A DNA stretch of 64,000 bases from an uncultured Chlamydiales bacterium. GTDB taxonomy: Bacteria > Chlamydiota > Chlamydiia > Chlamydiales > Rhabdochlamydiaceae. Below are positions 1 through 9,648 of this stretch, piece by piece. The translations under genes were made by a program, and so were the position numbers. The notes beneath the pieces are model-generated. The model searched no databases, was not told the DNA's origin, and was given only the letters and a program-made list of their open reading frames with translations. The DNA is taken from contig OY969554.1 in assembly GCA_963700985.1 (NCBI GenBank), positions 1,472,001-1,536,000 on the forward strand. Direction: 5' to 3'. The stretch's first letter is position 1. Every line of letters begins with the position of its first letter.

Positions 1-1802
1 AAGTCAATAGGCTTAAACGTGATGATAGGCTCATCTTGATTCGGATCATAAGTTGCAATTGTAGTTTTAAGCCAATGGTCATCATCGCGCTGCGGAAATT
101 CGGGCTTAAAATGCGCGCCGCGAAATTCATTCCGCAAAAGAGCGCCCTTAGTCATCACCAGCGCAAGCTCGAGCATGTAACCAAACTGATTTGCAAATGT
201 ATAGGTCTGATTGAGATGCTGTCCGCGATCATCTAACGTAATTCTACCATAACGCTCGCGTAGTTCTTTGAGCTTGTCTATGGTTTTTTTAAGATCTTCA
301 TTATTGCGTTTGACGGTCATATTCAAAATCATGATATCGGAAAGCTCATCGTGAAGCTTATGCACATTCTCTCCTCCGCTACGCGTGAGTAGATCGTGCT
401 TTAACACCTCTTCACAAGCCAGCGCTTCGGAGTACATTTTCGTAGAAAGAGTTCCGTAACTCTGCTTCAAGTTATCTAAGTAGCGGGGAACTTCTGTGCC
501 AGCCACCAGGCCCGCGAAGATGCAGGCGGTAAGCGAGTTGGCGCCTAAACGGTTCGCACCATGGTATTGAAACTCCGATTCACCAACCTGAAAACAACCC
601 GGGATATTAGTCATTTGACGATAGCGCTCTAAACGATCAGGGTCATCTGCAGCCGGCCAATCTACCCACGCGCCTCCCATCGAATAATGCACCGCAGGGA
701 AAATTTTCATGGGCACTTTGTGTGGATCTTCGCCCGTATACTTCTGATAGATCTCTAACACAGATTCGATCTTGTACTGCTGGGTGGCTGAAAGATGGGA
801 AACATCGAGATAAACCTGAAATTTACCATCGATGCCCAGACCGAGCTCACAGACGCGTATGACCTCGCGTGAACCGATATCTCGCGGCACAAGGTTGCCA
901 AAAGCCGGATATAACTCTTCGAGGAAATACCAAGGTTCGCCTGTTTTACCGCAGGGAATGCTCTTGCCTTCGGAGTCTGTGATTGTTTTTGATGAATCGC
1001 CATAAACCCACATGCGGCCACCTTCGCCACGCGCAGATTCGGAGATCAGGCGCATCTTATCTTCGCCAGGAATTGCCGTTGGGTGGATCTGAATAAACTC
1101 GCCATTGGCGTATTTCATGCCCTGTTTGAACAAACGCCCATTAGCCGCACCCGTGCAGAAGGTGGAATTTGTCGACTTCTTAAAAATAAGTCCGGGGCCG
1201 CCTGTACCAAAAATCACAGCGTCGGCCTTCATCACATCTAGTTTCATGGTGAAAAGATCCATCAGCACAATGCCGCGCGCAATTCCATTTTCATCTATGA
1301 CCAAGCGCATGAATTCGTGATTCTCAAACTTTTCTACCATCCCCTTGGTCTCATAGCGCCTCACCTGCTCATCGAGCGCATAGAGTAGCTGCTGCCCGGT
1401 AGATGCGCCGCAAAAGGCAGTGCGATGATAAAGCGTGCCGCCAAAACGACGAAAGTCGAGATTGCCTTCATCGGTGCGATTGAAAGGACAGCCGAAACGC
1501 TCCATCATGCGGATAATGCCTGGCGCCGCTAGACACATTTCTAATACGGGGGGTTGATCTGCTAAAAAATCGCCGCCTTTAATTGTGTCATAAGCATGCA
1601 CGTAGGGCGAGTCATCTTCATTTTTGAGATTCATGGCGGCGTTAATGCCACCTTGAGCGCAAACAGAATGCGAACGCTTGACTTTTGTGACCGAGACAAT
1701 CTTGACATGGCAGCCGTTTTCAGCCAGCTTCATAGCAGCTGAGAGGCCAGCTAAGCCTCCACCAACCATGATCACTTCTTTTCCCATCTTTTTTGCAGCC
1801 AT
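1..1802 (-). CDS. sdhA: succinate dehydrogenase flavoprotein subunit (3' end runs off the window; absent from the ORF track)
   Basis: Manual translation from ATG at 1802: MAAKKMGKEVIMVGGGLAGLSAA (FAD-binding GxGxxG), RSHSVCAQGGINAA (FAD-attachment His), QIHPT, HYSMGG, HGANRLGANSL, EFRGAH; directly downstream of sdhC. Confidence 0.96.
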   Translation of the reverse strand, partial: MAAKKMGKEVIMVGGGLAGLSAAMKLAENGCHVKIVSVTKVKRSHSVCAQGGINAAMNLKNEDDSPYVHAYDTIKGGDFLADQPPVLEMCLAAPGIIRMMERFGCPFNRTDEGNLDFRRFGGTLYHRTAFCGASTGQQLLYALDEQVRRYETKGMVEKFENHEFMRLVIDENGIARGIVLMDLFTMKLDVMKADAVIFGTGGPGLIFKKSTNSTFCTGAANGRLFKQGMKYANGEFIQIHPTAIPGEDKMRLISESARGEGGRMWVYGDSSKTITDSEGKSIPCGKTGEPWYFLEELYPAFGNLVPRDIGSREVIRVCELGLGIDGKFQVYLDVSHLSATQQYKIESVLEIYQKYTGEDPHKVPMKIFPAVHYSMGGAWVDWPAADDPDRLERYRQMTNIPGCFQVGESEFQYHGANRLGANSLTACIFAGLVAGTEVPRYLDNLKQSYGTLSTKMYSEALACEEVLKHDLLTRSGGENVHKLHDELSDIMILNMTVKRNNEDLKKTIDKLKELRERYGRITLDDRGQHLNQTYTFANQFGYMLELALVMTKGALLRNEFRGAHFKPEFPQRDDDHWLKTTIATYDPNQDEPIITFKPID

Positions 1803-1824
1803 AGTTATTAATTATAAATTATTT

Positions 1825-2853
1825 TCAGTAGCGTAAATTTAACCAGTAGGTGCCCCAAATAGAGGCTAATCCCAAAAAAGTGACGATTAGCATGAGCCCT
1901 ATCGCAAAAGTCGCTGTGGATTTTTGCGCCGACATGCGCAGCACAACTCCCCAAGTAATTAAAAATGTCCAAAGACCATTAAATCCATGGAAGCAGGCGG
2001 CAAGCACAAAGATCGTATAGAGAAAAACATAGAGCGGATTTTTAAAAGTATCACGCACAGTGAGCAGCGAAGCTGTGCCAAAATTATCTGCGACAGCGAT
2101 CACTTCATTTTTAGAGATAGAATAACTCTCGAGTAAGTGCACCCAGGCAACTTTATCCTGATACTTTTGGGCGGAAGTAAAAATCACCGCCTTTTGCGAA
2201 TCATAGCTCGACTCTTTAGGCCCTTCCCAAGAAAGTTCAGATTTCTGCTTCAACGCATCGGCTGCTTCCACTAGCACCTGTTCATCTTGGCGCTCAGCTA
2301 AAAGCTTGCGCTCTTTTTCAATCGCTTGCTGATCATACAATTTCACTTTTAATCGATCTGCTACTGTGTAGATTCCGTCGTCAACTTTAAGTGGCACAAA
2401 ATAGTAAGTGTCTGAACCTACATTTAGCGCATCTGGATAGTCGATAAACCGAAATTTTACCACGTGAGCAATCAGACCAAAGAGCAGAATCCACGAGGTA
2501 ATACGTTGCCAGCTATAAGCGCGGTTACGCCCATATTCAGGAAGCGAAGGCGCAGATCCATCTGTCTTGTGTGCATTGAATTTTGCGCTGAAGAGGTATT
2601 TCACGCCCCAGATCATGTGAATGGCAATCGGCACACCCAAAAGGGTAAATTCGATCACGGAAAGATAGGGAAAGTTATGGATCGAGTTGACCATGTCAAC
2701 AAACCCTCGTCCATTATTGCCAAGCAAAAGTGCTGCTTGCGAATTGACCAACAGATGTTCAATCAAAAAGAGCACCAGCCAAAGACCCATCAGAGAGTGC
2801 AGCCGTCTCCAAATGAACGCGCTCGGAATCTTTGTGCCAGTCTGTACAGTCAT
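1825..2853 (-). CDS. sdhC: succinate dehydrogenase cytochrome b558 subunit
   Basis: RRLHSLMG...FLIEHL, WQRITS, FHGFNGLWTF...WG motifs of Bacillus/chlamydia-type SdhC; adjacent to sdhA. Confidence 0.92.
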   Translation of the reverse strand: MTVQTGTKIPSAFIWRRLHSLMGLWLVLFLIEHLLVNSQAALLLGNNGRGFVDMVNSIHNFPYLSVIEFTLLGVPIAIHMIWGVKYLFSAKFNAHKTDGSAPSLPEYGRNRAYSWQRITSWILLFGLIAHVVKFRFIDYPDALNVGSDTYYFVPLKVDDGIYTVADRLKVKLYDQQAIEKERKLLAERQDEQVLVEAADALKQKSELSWEGPKESSYDSQKAVIFTSAQKYQDKVAWVHLLESYSISKNEVIAVADNFGTASLLTVRDTFKNPLYVFLYTIFVLAACFHGFNGLWTFLITWGVVLRMSAQKSTATFAIGLMLIVTFLGLASIWGTYWLNLRY

Positions 2854-2901
2854 AACAATCCTCTAAAATCAAGATTTGTATTAAACAGTGCGGACGGCTT
2901 T

Positions 2902-3663
2902 TCAAAAAGAAAAAAATTTAAGTGCGTTTGCAGAAGTGATGCGGCTAACCTCTTCAATCGATCTATTCTTGAGGTGGGCGAGAACTTCAACTGTTTCGCG
3001 GATGAAGGCGGGCTCATTAACTTGACTGCGTTTGGATTGCGGCGCTAGATATGGCGCATCTGTTTCAACCACAATATTTTCTAGGGGCACATATTTTGCC
3101 ACTTCACGCAATGCCTCTGATTTTTTAAAGGTAATGATGCCACTGAATGAGATCATCCAACCTCTTTCTAATCCTTGCTTTGCCTCATCTACTGTCCCCG
3201 TAAAACAGTGCAAAAGGGCGGGCTTTCCAGCATACACCTCATTTGTCAAAGAGAAGAGATCGGGGAAAGCGTCGCGGCAATGAAAAATGGCTGGCAGGCC
3301 GCACGCACTGGCGAGTTGGAGATACCGCTTTGTGAATTCTTGCTGCACGGCCTTTGGCGAGTGTTCATAAAAGTAGTCCAACCCTGTTTCACCAATGGCG
3401 ATGAGCTTCTTCTTTTTGGCCTGTGCGGCTACGAGAGGAAAAAATGCCTCACCATCTTTGACGACATCATGCGGGGTGGTAGCTGCTGCATTGAAAATCC
3501 AATCATATCTTTCTGCTAGTTCAAGCCCCTTTTCAAGACTTACCTGGTCGGTGCAGATATTGACAATTCTGGTTACGCCTGCAGCTTTGGCGCGCGCGAT
3601 AATTTCATCTGCATTTGCCGCGAGCTCTGGTGAAGTAAGATGTGCATGTGTATCTACGATCAT
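2902..3663 (-). CDS. tatD: TatD family deoxyribonuclease
   Basis: DTHAH, IGETGLDY, FHCR, LHCFTG, VETDAPYLAP motifs. Confidence 0.93.
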   Translation of the reverse strand: MIVDTHAHLTSPELAANADEIIARAKAAGVTRIVNICTDQVSLEKGLELAERYDWIFNAAATTPHDVVKDGEAFFPLVAAQAKKKKLIAIGETGLDYFYEHSPKAVQQEFTKRYLQLASACGLPAIFHCRDAFPDLFSLTNEVYAGKPALLHCFTGTVDEAKQGLERGWMISFSGIITFKKSEALREVAKYVPLENIVVETDAPYLAPQSKRSQVNEPAFIRETVEVLAHLKNRSIEEVSRITSANALKFFSF

Positions 3664-3682
3664 TCTTTAGAAATCTTCCCAG

Positions 3683-3931
3683 TTAGTTTTGGCGAAAAGT
3701 GAGCCCTAAGGCGGTAATTATAATGAAAGCAAAAGCGGCTACCAAAGCCACTGATTCTTTAACGCTTCTTGCAGCCGTATTTTCTATGTCTAATACGATC
3801 AGTTCTAATTCTTGCTCCGCTTGCCGATTTTGATCAATTTGATTTTCCACGCCTTCCATTCGATTTAATTTAACATAAGCATCAGCTAGCAAAGCGATTG
3901 TTGCGCGAAGCCCCGCCCCAGATACTGTCAT
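3683..3931 (-). CDS. small hypothetical protein with C-terminal transmembrane helix
   Basis: Strong RBS AAAGGAGGA a few nt upstream of ATG 3931; fills the gap in a minus-strand gene run; hydrophobic C-terminus VALVAAFAFIIITALGL. Confidence 0.6.
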   Translation of the reverse strand: MTVSGAGLRATIALLADAYVKLNRMEGVENQIDQNRQAEQELELIVLDIENTAARSVKESVALVAAFAFIIITALGLTFRQN

Positions 3932-3983
3932 AAACAATCCTCCTTTAAAAAAAGGTGCTAAGGCTAGTTTCTCTTACGCTTTT

Positions 3984-4913
3984 TTAAAAGGGATTTTTTA
4001 GGTGCAGAGCAAGCTCCAAACGGAAAGCCTCTTTTGCTGTAAGGCGCTGCACATTGGGAAAGTTAGGCAGGCGATCGAGATGCGTTTGCAGATCGATGGC
4101 TGGTAGGTTGGGCTTGTGCAATGATAGCGGATCAAAAAGAGGCTCAACAGCTGCGTACTCATATTGGCGGATAAAATCGCGGCCATTAAATGCGCGCGCA
4201 TACTCTTCTTCGATCAACGCTTTCCAATCCCTTTCCCAGTGGTGACCCCAGCTAGCTGTTTTTTTGATCATCTCCTCTTGAGTGCGTACCCAGCTGAAAT
4301 GATGCATCAAAGGCTTCTCTAAGCTTATCTGCTGCAACTTATTGCCATTGGCACGCAGGAAATAGCCTGCGCGCTCATCAGCATCTAGAAGATGCTCGCT
4401 GGTAATTGAGCTGCGATTAACCAGAAGGCTTGTGTCAGAAAATGTGGTGGCACAAAAGCGCGCTTCTCGAAAATACCAGTAAGAAGCAAAGCGCAGCGCC
4501 GTGAAGTCAAGGTAGGGAAATTGATCGAGCCAATTGGCAAAGCGCAAACCTTCCACAATCTCATCTGCATCAAGAAACAGTATGGTCTCGATTTCAGGAG
4601 CTAAGGCATAAAATGCAACGAGTCTTGCGGTATTATGCCAATGACGCACGCCGTTTAAATCTTCAAGCGCCAAAGGTGCTGCCCGCCCATATGGCTGAGC
4701 TGGATCAAAATGGTATTCGACAAAGCAGCAATCGGAATATTTCCGATAGCACTCTTCTAAAAAAGCTAGATCTTCTACTGTTCCATCAAAAAAATGATCG
4801 CAACAGGCGATCACGATCTGTTTAGAAAAATATTTGGCTTCTTGAATGCTTCTTTCAAGAAAACGCCAGTCGTTCGAGCAAAAGCTAATCACCGTAGCTA
4901 TGTTATGTGACAT
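3984..4913 (-). CDS. GT-A fold glycosyltransferase-like protein
   Basis: ILFLDADEIV DxD motif; HHFSWVR...KKTASWGH C-terminal motif typical of GT2-like proteins. Confidence 0.7.
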   Translation of the reverse strand: MSHNIATVISFCSNDWRFLERSIQEAKYFSKQIVIACCDHFFDGTVEDLAFLEECYRKYSDCCFVEYHFDPAQPYGRAAPLALEDLNGVRHWHNTARLVAFYALAPEIETILFLDADEIVEGLRFANWLDQFPYLDFTALRFASYWYFREARFCATTFSDTSLLVNRSSITSEHLLDADERAGYFLRANGNKLQQISLEKPLMHHFSWVRTQEEMIKKTASWGHHWERDWKALIEEEYARAFNGRDFIRQYEYAAVEPLFDPLSLHKPNLPAIDLQTHLDRLPNFPNVQRLTAKEAFRLELALHLKNPF

Positions 4914-5557
4914 TTTAAACGCCTTGATGCTTGATAATGTTCAATCACTACCTCTTCGTCTCCGATAAAAAAGAGATCCACGTCGAAGATTTTGCAATAG
5001 CTAACAGGCAAAGGCGCTACGCGTAGCTCGGTCGATCTTGCAATCACATCACGGAGTGCAACTTGATCCCAAAATTCATGCGTACGTTTGTGATTCTCTT
5101 GCTGCCGAGCGCACTCAGCACACCAGTTCTCAATTAAATTTTGCGCCGCTGGAGTTGCGTTGATGAAAAGGGAGCCGGAAAGCACGCGAGAAGTATGATC
5201 TTCGGAAAGAAAATCTAACGTACGCACCCCCAGGTCATAATCTAAAAAAGGAGAAAAGTCTGGCGATCTAAGAAAAGCTGCATCTGCATCAACCCAAAAG
5301 AGCGGACGCGCATGCTCACGCATCTTTTCTAATATGTAAAACGGTTTTACGGCACAATTTTTTTCCCATGATCCTTGAGAGGGCAAACCCTCTATGCAAA
5401 ACTCGAGATTCCATTTTTTGCACGAATCGATGAGCCTCTGCGCCTCTTGCTCATAAGGCGTATTCAGCGTATAAAAAGAGATGATCAGCGGAGCTTTCCT
5501 TGACAAATGCCCTCCGTTTTCGTTATGCACTTTGGTAGAGTCAGTTGTTAAACTCAC
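4898..5557 (-). CDS. nucleotide-diphospho-sugar transferase-like protein (GT34/GT77-like); probable true start TTG at 5506
   Basis: KP..I, FWVDADA (DxD), LSGSLFIN and WDQVAL motifs; GGAGG RBS just upstream of TTG 5506. Confidence 0.65.
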   Translation of the reverse strand: MSLTTDSTKVHNENGGHLSRKAPLIISFYTLNTPYEQEAQRLIDSCKKWNLEFCIEGLPSQGSWEKNCAVKPFYILEKMREHARPLFWVDADAAFLRSPDFSPFLDYDLGVRTLDFLSEDHTSRVLSGSLFINATPAAQNLIENWCAECARQQENHKRTHEFWDQVALRDVIARSTELRVAPLPVSYCKIFDVDLFFIGDEEVVIEHYQASRRLKCHIT

Positions 5558-5598
5558 TTCGGAGTCAAATGACTCGATAACTCTGGTTAATAAATCCT

Positions 5599-6348
5599 AT
5601 GATTCCAAATCTTCTCGCTTCTAACGTCTTCCTCTCGGCTTATTCTCAATCCGATTTTTTCGGCAAACTCATTTTTCTCGGCCTCTTCTTAATGTCAGTA
5701 GTTTGCTGGGTGGTTCTTTTGCAAAAAACTTGGGTGACGCGTCATGTGCGCAAAACCTCCGCCGCTTTTCAAATGGCAATCGAGCAGAATAAGCGCCCAC
5801 TCTTTTCTTTAGATGTTTCAGAACTACCGAAGCCTCATAACCGCGCGCTTCCTCATCCTTTTGCTCAAATATTTGCTACGCTTAAGCAAAAAGCTATCGA
5901 ATTGCTCAACAAAAACCACTTTTTTTCCACCAATAAGGAAAGTGCAGAGCCTGCGCCCGTCTATCTTTCAGCTGAGGATCTTGAGCTTTTGGAGTCACAT
6001 GTGTTGACGACCATCTCAACTCAAACAAAAACCTTAGAACGAAACCTCTTTATCCTTTCAACGATTGTAACGCTGGCTCCTTTCTTGGGTCTGCTCGGAA
6101 CGGTTTGGGGAATTCTAATCACTTTCGCCGAATTACATGGGGGCGCCTCTGCTAACTCAAATGCGGCCGTTCTTGGAGGACTCTCTACGGCTTTGGCAAC
6201 CACAGTTCTAGGCCTGGTAATTGCTATCCCGGCACTAGTCTCTTATAATTATTTAAGAAATTCGCTTCGTAACCTCTCTTCGGATATGGAAGACTTCCTC
6301 TATCTTCTGCTCTCTACTGTAGAGATCCAGTACCGTAAGGTGGAATAA
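5599..6348 (+). CDS. tolQ: TolQ (MotA/TolQ/ExbB family)
   Basis: APFLGLLGTVWGI and ALATTVLGLVIAIPAL motifs; first gene of the tol-pal cluster. Confidence 0.9.
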   Translation: MIPNLLASNVFLSAYSQSDFFGKLIFLGLFLMSVVCWVVLLQKTWVTRHVRKTSAAFQMAIEQNKRPLFSLDVSELPKPHNRALPHPFAQIFATLKQKAIELLNKNHFFSTNKESAEPAPVYLSAEDLELLESHVLTTISTQTKTLERNLFILSTIVTLAPFLGLLGTVWGILITFAELHGGASANSNAAVLGGLSTALATTVLGLVIAIPALVSYNYLRNSLRNLSSDMEDFLYLLLSTVEIQYRKVE

Positions 6349-6351
6349 AAA

Positions 6352-6783
6352 ATGGCGCGCCGTAGACGAACAACATCTAAACAAGATCAGGCCGAAGATG
6401 AAGCATCGGTAAATCTTACTCCATTGATCGATGTGGTATTTGTTGTGCTCATCATGTTCATCATCATCGCTCCAATGCTGGAACTCGATCGACTTCAGTT
6501 AGCATCGGCTAGTCATAAAGACGCAAAATCGATGGCCGTCGTGCAAGAAAGCAGCCCCGTTACCATCAGAGTGAATGAAGATAATAGTATCTGGTTAAAT
6601 GGAAAGATTGTGAATAAGGAAGAGCTTTTGCCGCTTTTAAAACAGGCTAAAGCGACTCACCCTCAACGCATTCCACAACTTTTTCATGATAAGAAAGCCC
6701 AGTTTGGCACTTATCAATCTGTTAAAAATGCCGTCGAACTCGCAGGTTTCGAGCAGTTAGATATTATCTTGCAACCGGGTTAA
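6352..6783 (+). CDS. tolR: TolR (ExbD/TolR family)
   Basis: NLTPLIDVVFVVLIMFII motif with the conserved Asp. Confidence 0.9.
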   Translation: MARRRRTTSKQDQAEDEASVNLTPLIDVVFVVLIMFIIIAPMLELDRLQLASASHKDAKSMAVVQESSPVTIRVNEDNSIWLNGKIVNKEELLPLLKQAKATHPQRIPQLFHDKKAQFGTYQSVKNAVELAGFEQLDIILQPG

Positions 6784-6786
6784 TGC

Positions 6787-7575
6787 ATGCGCAAGGATCC
6801 CGTCAAAGCCGCGATTCTTTTTACGGTGCTCGCTGCGCACTGCTTCTTCTTATTCTATATGCATGCGTTCTTTACCCCAGAAACCAAACGGCCACATAAA
6901 CCGCTGATCGTCAAAACGATGGCGGCCGCGGCGACCCCAAAAGAAAAAATCGCTGCCGCACCCGCCGCACAAGGCTCCAGCGCTCGCAAGCCAGTTAACC
7001 CAAAACCTAAAGAAAGTCCACCGCCCAAACCCGCGCCTAAAAAACCTCAGCCTACTGCGACTCCACCCCCAGCAAAAAAAACTCCTCCTATCGCAGATAA
7101 AAAACTGGTCAAAGAAAAAAAGCCTCAGCCTAAAAAACCACCTGTGGATGATAAAAGAGAGAAGATGTCCCAGAAACTTCTGCAAGAATTAGAAGAGAGT
7201 CTTTCAAAAATAGAAGCAAAACCAGAAAAAAAGAAAGGCGCTTCGAAAAAGTATGATCTCCCGAGCCCAATTGAAGCTCAAAAAAATCAGGCTTTCCCTT
7301 CTGCTTCTACAGGAGAAATGTCCGACAGTAGCGATTATCATGCCACACTGATTGGCTACCTCAAACAGACGCTCAATCTGCCCGAATATGGGGAGGTAAA
7401 GATTCAACTTACGCTAAAACAGGATGGCTCTGTTGTGAATCTTCTAGTCATAAAAACCGAAAGTGAGAAAAATAGAAGATATCTTGAAACAAGTCTTCCA
7501 CATTTGAGATTTCCTCATTTGTTGGAAAACAAGAAACAAGAAACTTTTATCGTCACATTTTGTAACGAGATCTAA
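6787..7575 (+). CDS. tolA: TolA-like protein
   Basis: N-terminal TM with His, Pro/Lys-rich linker, TonB-C-like C-terminus; lies between tolR and tolB. Confidence 0.75.
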   Translation: MRKDPVKAAILFTVLAAHCFFLFYMHAFFTPETKRPHKPLIVKTMAAAATPKEKIAAAPAAQGSSARKPVNPKPKESPPPKPAPKKPQPTATPPPAKKTPPIADKKLVKEKKPQPKKPPVDDKREKMSQKLLQELEESLSKIEAKPEKKKGASKKYDLPSPIEAQKNQAFPSASTGEMSDSSDYHATLIGYLKQTLNLPEYGEVKIQLTLKQDGSVVNLLVIKTESEKNRRYLETSLPHLRFPHLLENKKQETFIVTFCNEI

Positions 7576-7578
7576 GCC

Positions 7579-8952
7579 ATGAGAACTCTTTCACTAATAG
7601 CAATCGCAGCTCTTATAGGAACTAACTCCTATGCTGAAGCGCCTAAATCAAGCCCAGAGATTCGCGTTCAACTCTCCACAACCAGTAATTTGATTCCTAT
7701 TTATGTTGGAAAGATTGGAGGAGAAGCCGCGCTCGATAAAAATTATTTATCTCAACTCGAATCAATTCTCAATTTTGACTTAAACTACAATGGCACAACA
7801 AAAGTTCTGCCTTTCAATGAACAGAAAGAAAAAACTCTCTCTGCCAAAGATGTTAAAGATGCATTTGCCCCGAACGCATGGAAAAGTTTTGGCGTAGCTC
7901 ATGCGATCAAGCTGGTTCTCTCAGGTAAATCACTCGCAGCTTATGTCTCTTCTACTCAATCTGGTTCTCTGAAACACTTTGCGGATATTCCTTTAACTGG
8001 AGAGCTAGCTCAAGATCGCCGCCAAATGCATAAATTGGCTGACGGCATCCATAAAACTCTTTTCAATAAGGAAGGAATCGCCAGCAACCGCATTCTTTAT
8101 GCGATGCAGGTAAAAGAAACGCGCGCTGATGTTGAAAGCTGGGGCTCAGAAATTTGGGAATGCGATTGGGATGGTTCTAACGCGCATCAAATTACCCGTG
8201 AAAGCAGCTACTGCGTTACCCCTGTTTTCATTCCGCAAAATGCCAAGTTCCCAGGCGCTAGCGATCGTTTCTTATATGTGTCTTATAAACAAGGACAGCC
8301 TAAAATTTTCCTAGCTAACCTTAAAGAAGGCGTAGGCAAACGTTTAATCGATCTGCGTGGCAACCAGCTTCTTCCTGCCATTTCGTCGCAGCGCGACAAA
8401 GTCGCTTTTATCTGTGATGCAGCTGGAAGATCTGACCTCTTTTTGCAACCTTTTAATCCGCAGACAGGAGAAGTAGGTAAACCCTTTCAACTCTTTTCCT
8501 ATCCGCATTCAACTCAAGCTTCTCCCACATTTAGCCCTGATGGCACTAAAATTGCCTTTGTTTCCGATAAAGACAGACATATGCGCATCTATGTAATCCC
8601 CATCTCGGAAAGTGGAAGAAGAGCAAATCCGCACCTAATTTCCAAGCAAAACAACGAAAACTCTTGCCCGGCTTGGTCTCCTGATGGAAGAAAATTAGCC
8701 TATAGTGCTAAAACTGGTGGTGTGAGACAGATATGGATTTACGACTTCGGCACAGGCGAGGAGAGACAGCTGACTTCGGGACCTGGAAATAAAGAAAACC
8801 CTGCGTGGGCATCAGATAGTTTGCATCTCGTATTCAATTCAACTGATGCTTCCTCTTCGGAGCTTTATATCGTAAATCTAAATCAGCCAGATGCAATAAA
8901 AATTTCAAAAGGGCAAGGGAAAAAACATTATCCCACTTGGGGCCCCCGTTAA
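7579..8952 (+). CDS. tolB: Tol-Pal beta-propeller protein TolB
   Basis: Signal peptide; PD40 repeats PTFSPDGTKIAFVS, PAWSPDGRKLAY. Confidence 0.93.
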   Translation: MRTLSLIAIAALIGTNSYAEAPKSSPEIRVQLSTTSNLIPIYVGKIGGEAALDKNYLSQLESILNFDLNYNGTTKVLPFNEQKEKTLSAKDVKDAFAPNAWKSFGVAHAIKLVLSGKSLAAYVSSTQSGSLKHFADIPLTGELAQDRRQMHKLADGIHKTLFNKEGIASNRILYAMQVKETRADVESWGSEIWECDWDGSNAHQITRESSYCVTPVFIPQNAKFPGASDRFLYVSYKQGQPKIFLANLKEGVGKRLIDLRGNQLLPAISSQRDKVAFICDAAGRSDLFLQPFNPQTGEVGKPFQLFSYPHSTQASPTFSPDGTKIAFVSDKDRHMRIYVIPISESGRRANPHLISKQNNENSCPAWSPDGRKLAYSAKTGGVRQIWIYDFGTGEERQLTSGPGNKENPAWASDSLHLVFNSTDASSSELYIVNLNQPDAIKISKGQGKKHYPTWGPR

Positions 8953-8967
8953 CTATTGAGGATCAAC

Positions 8968-9648
8968 ATGAAAACGAACTTTTTAAGAATGACATTAGCG
9001 TGCGGAATGCTCTGCACACTATTTTCTAGCTGCAGCAAAAAAAATAACTCTTGGGATGATTCTAAGTCATCTTCAAGCTATCGATATAAACATTCACAGT
9101 CGCTCTGGGGCAATGATGGCGGAGAGCAACTCGCTAGCGCTGATGAATTTGATGGACCTTCACAAGAAGATTTCATCCCTCTTCGCGATGAAGATCTAAA
9201 GTCACAGTTTGCCGATGGAGCAATCCCACAATCACGTTTCTCTCCTGGAGATGCTGGCAGTGGAATTCCTAGCATCGATCAGTTTCATGCACCAAGCGCT
9301 GATCTCGCAGCAGTCTTCCGCAACGTTTATTTCAACACAGATGATTATATCATCCGTAACTCAGACTCTTTAGCTGCGATGGAACGTATTGCCGCATACC
9401 TGAAAAGCCATCCAAACACATACGTATTTATTGAAGGCCATTGCGACGAACGTGGTCCTGAAGCGTATAACCTCTCTCTTGGCGCGCGCAGAGCAAATGC
9501 TATTCGCTCAACGCTAGTCAAAATGGGAGCTGATCTGAACCAAGTTCACACTGTATCTTATGGAAAAGAGCGTCCTGCAGACATCGGCCATAATTCAGAT
9601 GCTTGGTCGAAAAACAGACGTGCGCAATTTAAGATCTTTCAACGCTAA
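8968..9648 (+). CDS. pal: peptidoglycan-associated lipoprotein Pal
   Basis: Lipobox FSSC; OmpA-C domain VYFNTD...IEGHCDERGPEAYNLSLGARRA...SYGKERP...NRRA. Confidence 0.93.
   Translation: MKTNFLRMTLACGMLCTLFSSCSKKNNSWDDSKSSSSYRYKHSQSLWGNDGGEQLASADEFDGPSQEDFIPLRDEDLKSQFADGAIPQSRFSPGDAGSGIPSIDQFHAPSADLAAVFRNVYFNTDDYIIRNSDSLAAMERIAAYLKSHPNTYVFIEGHCDERGPEAYNLSLGARRANAIRSTLVKMGADLNQVHTVSYGKERPADIGHNSDAWSKNRRAQFKIFQR

Noticed and set aside
36-1320. Short ORFs listed in the track within the first 1.3 kb
   Set aside because: They lie inside the sdhA reading frame, which the track missed because it runs off the window.
2464-3048. 194-aa plus-strand ORF
   Set aside because: Antisense to sdhC and tatD, with no motif.
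6940-7150. Pro/Lys low-complexity repeats
   Set aside because: Normal TolA/TonB periplasm-spanning linker.
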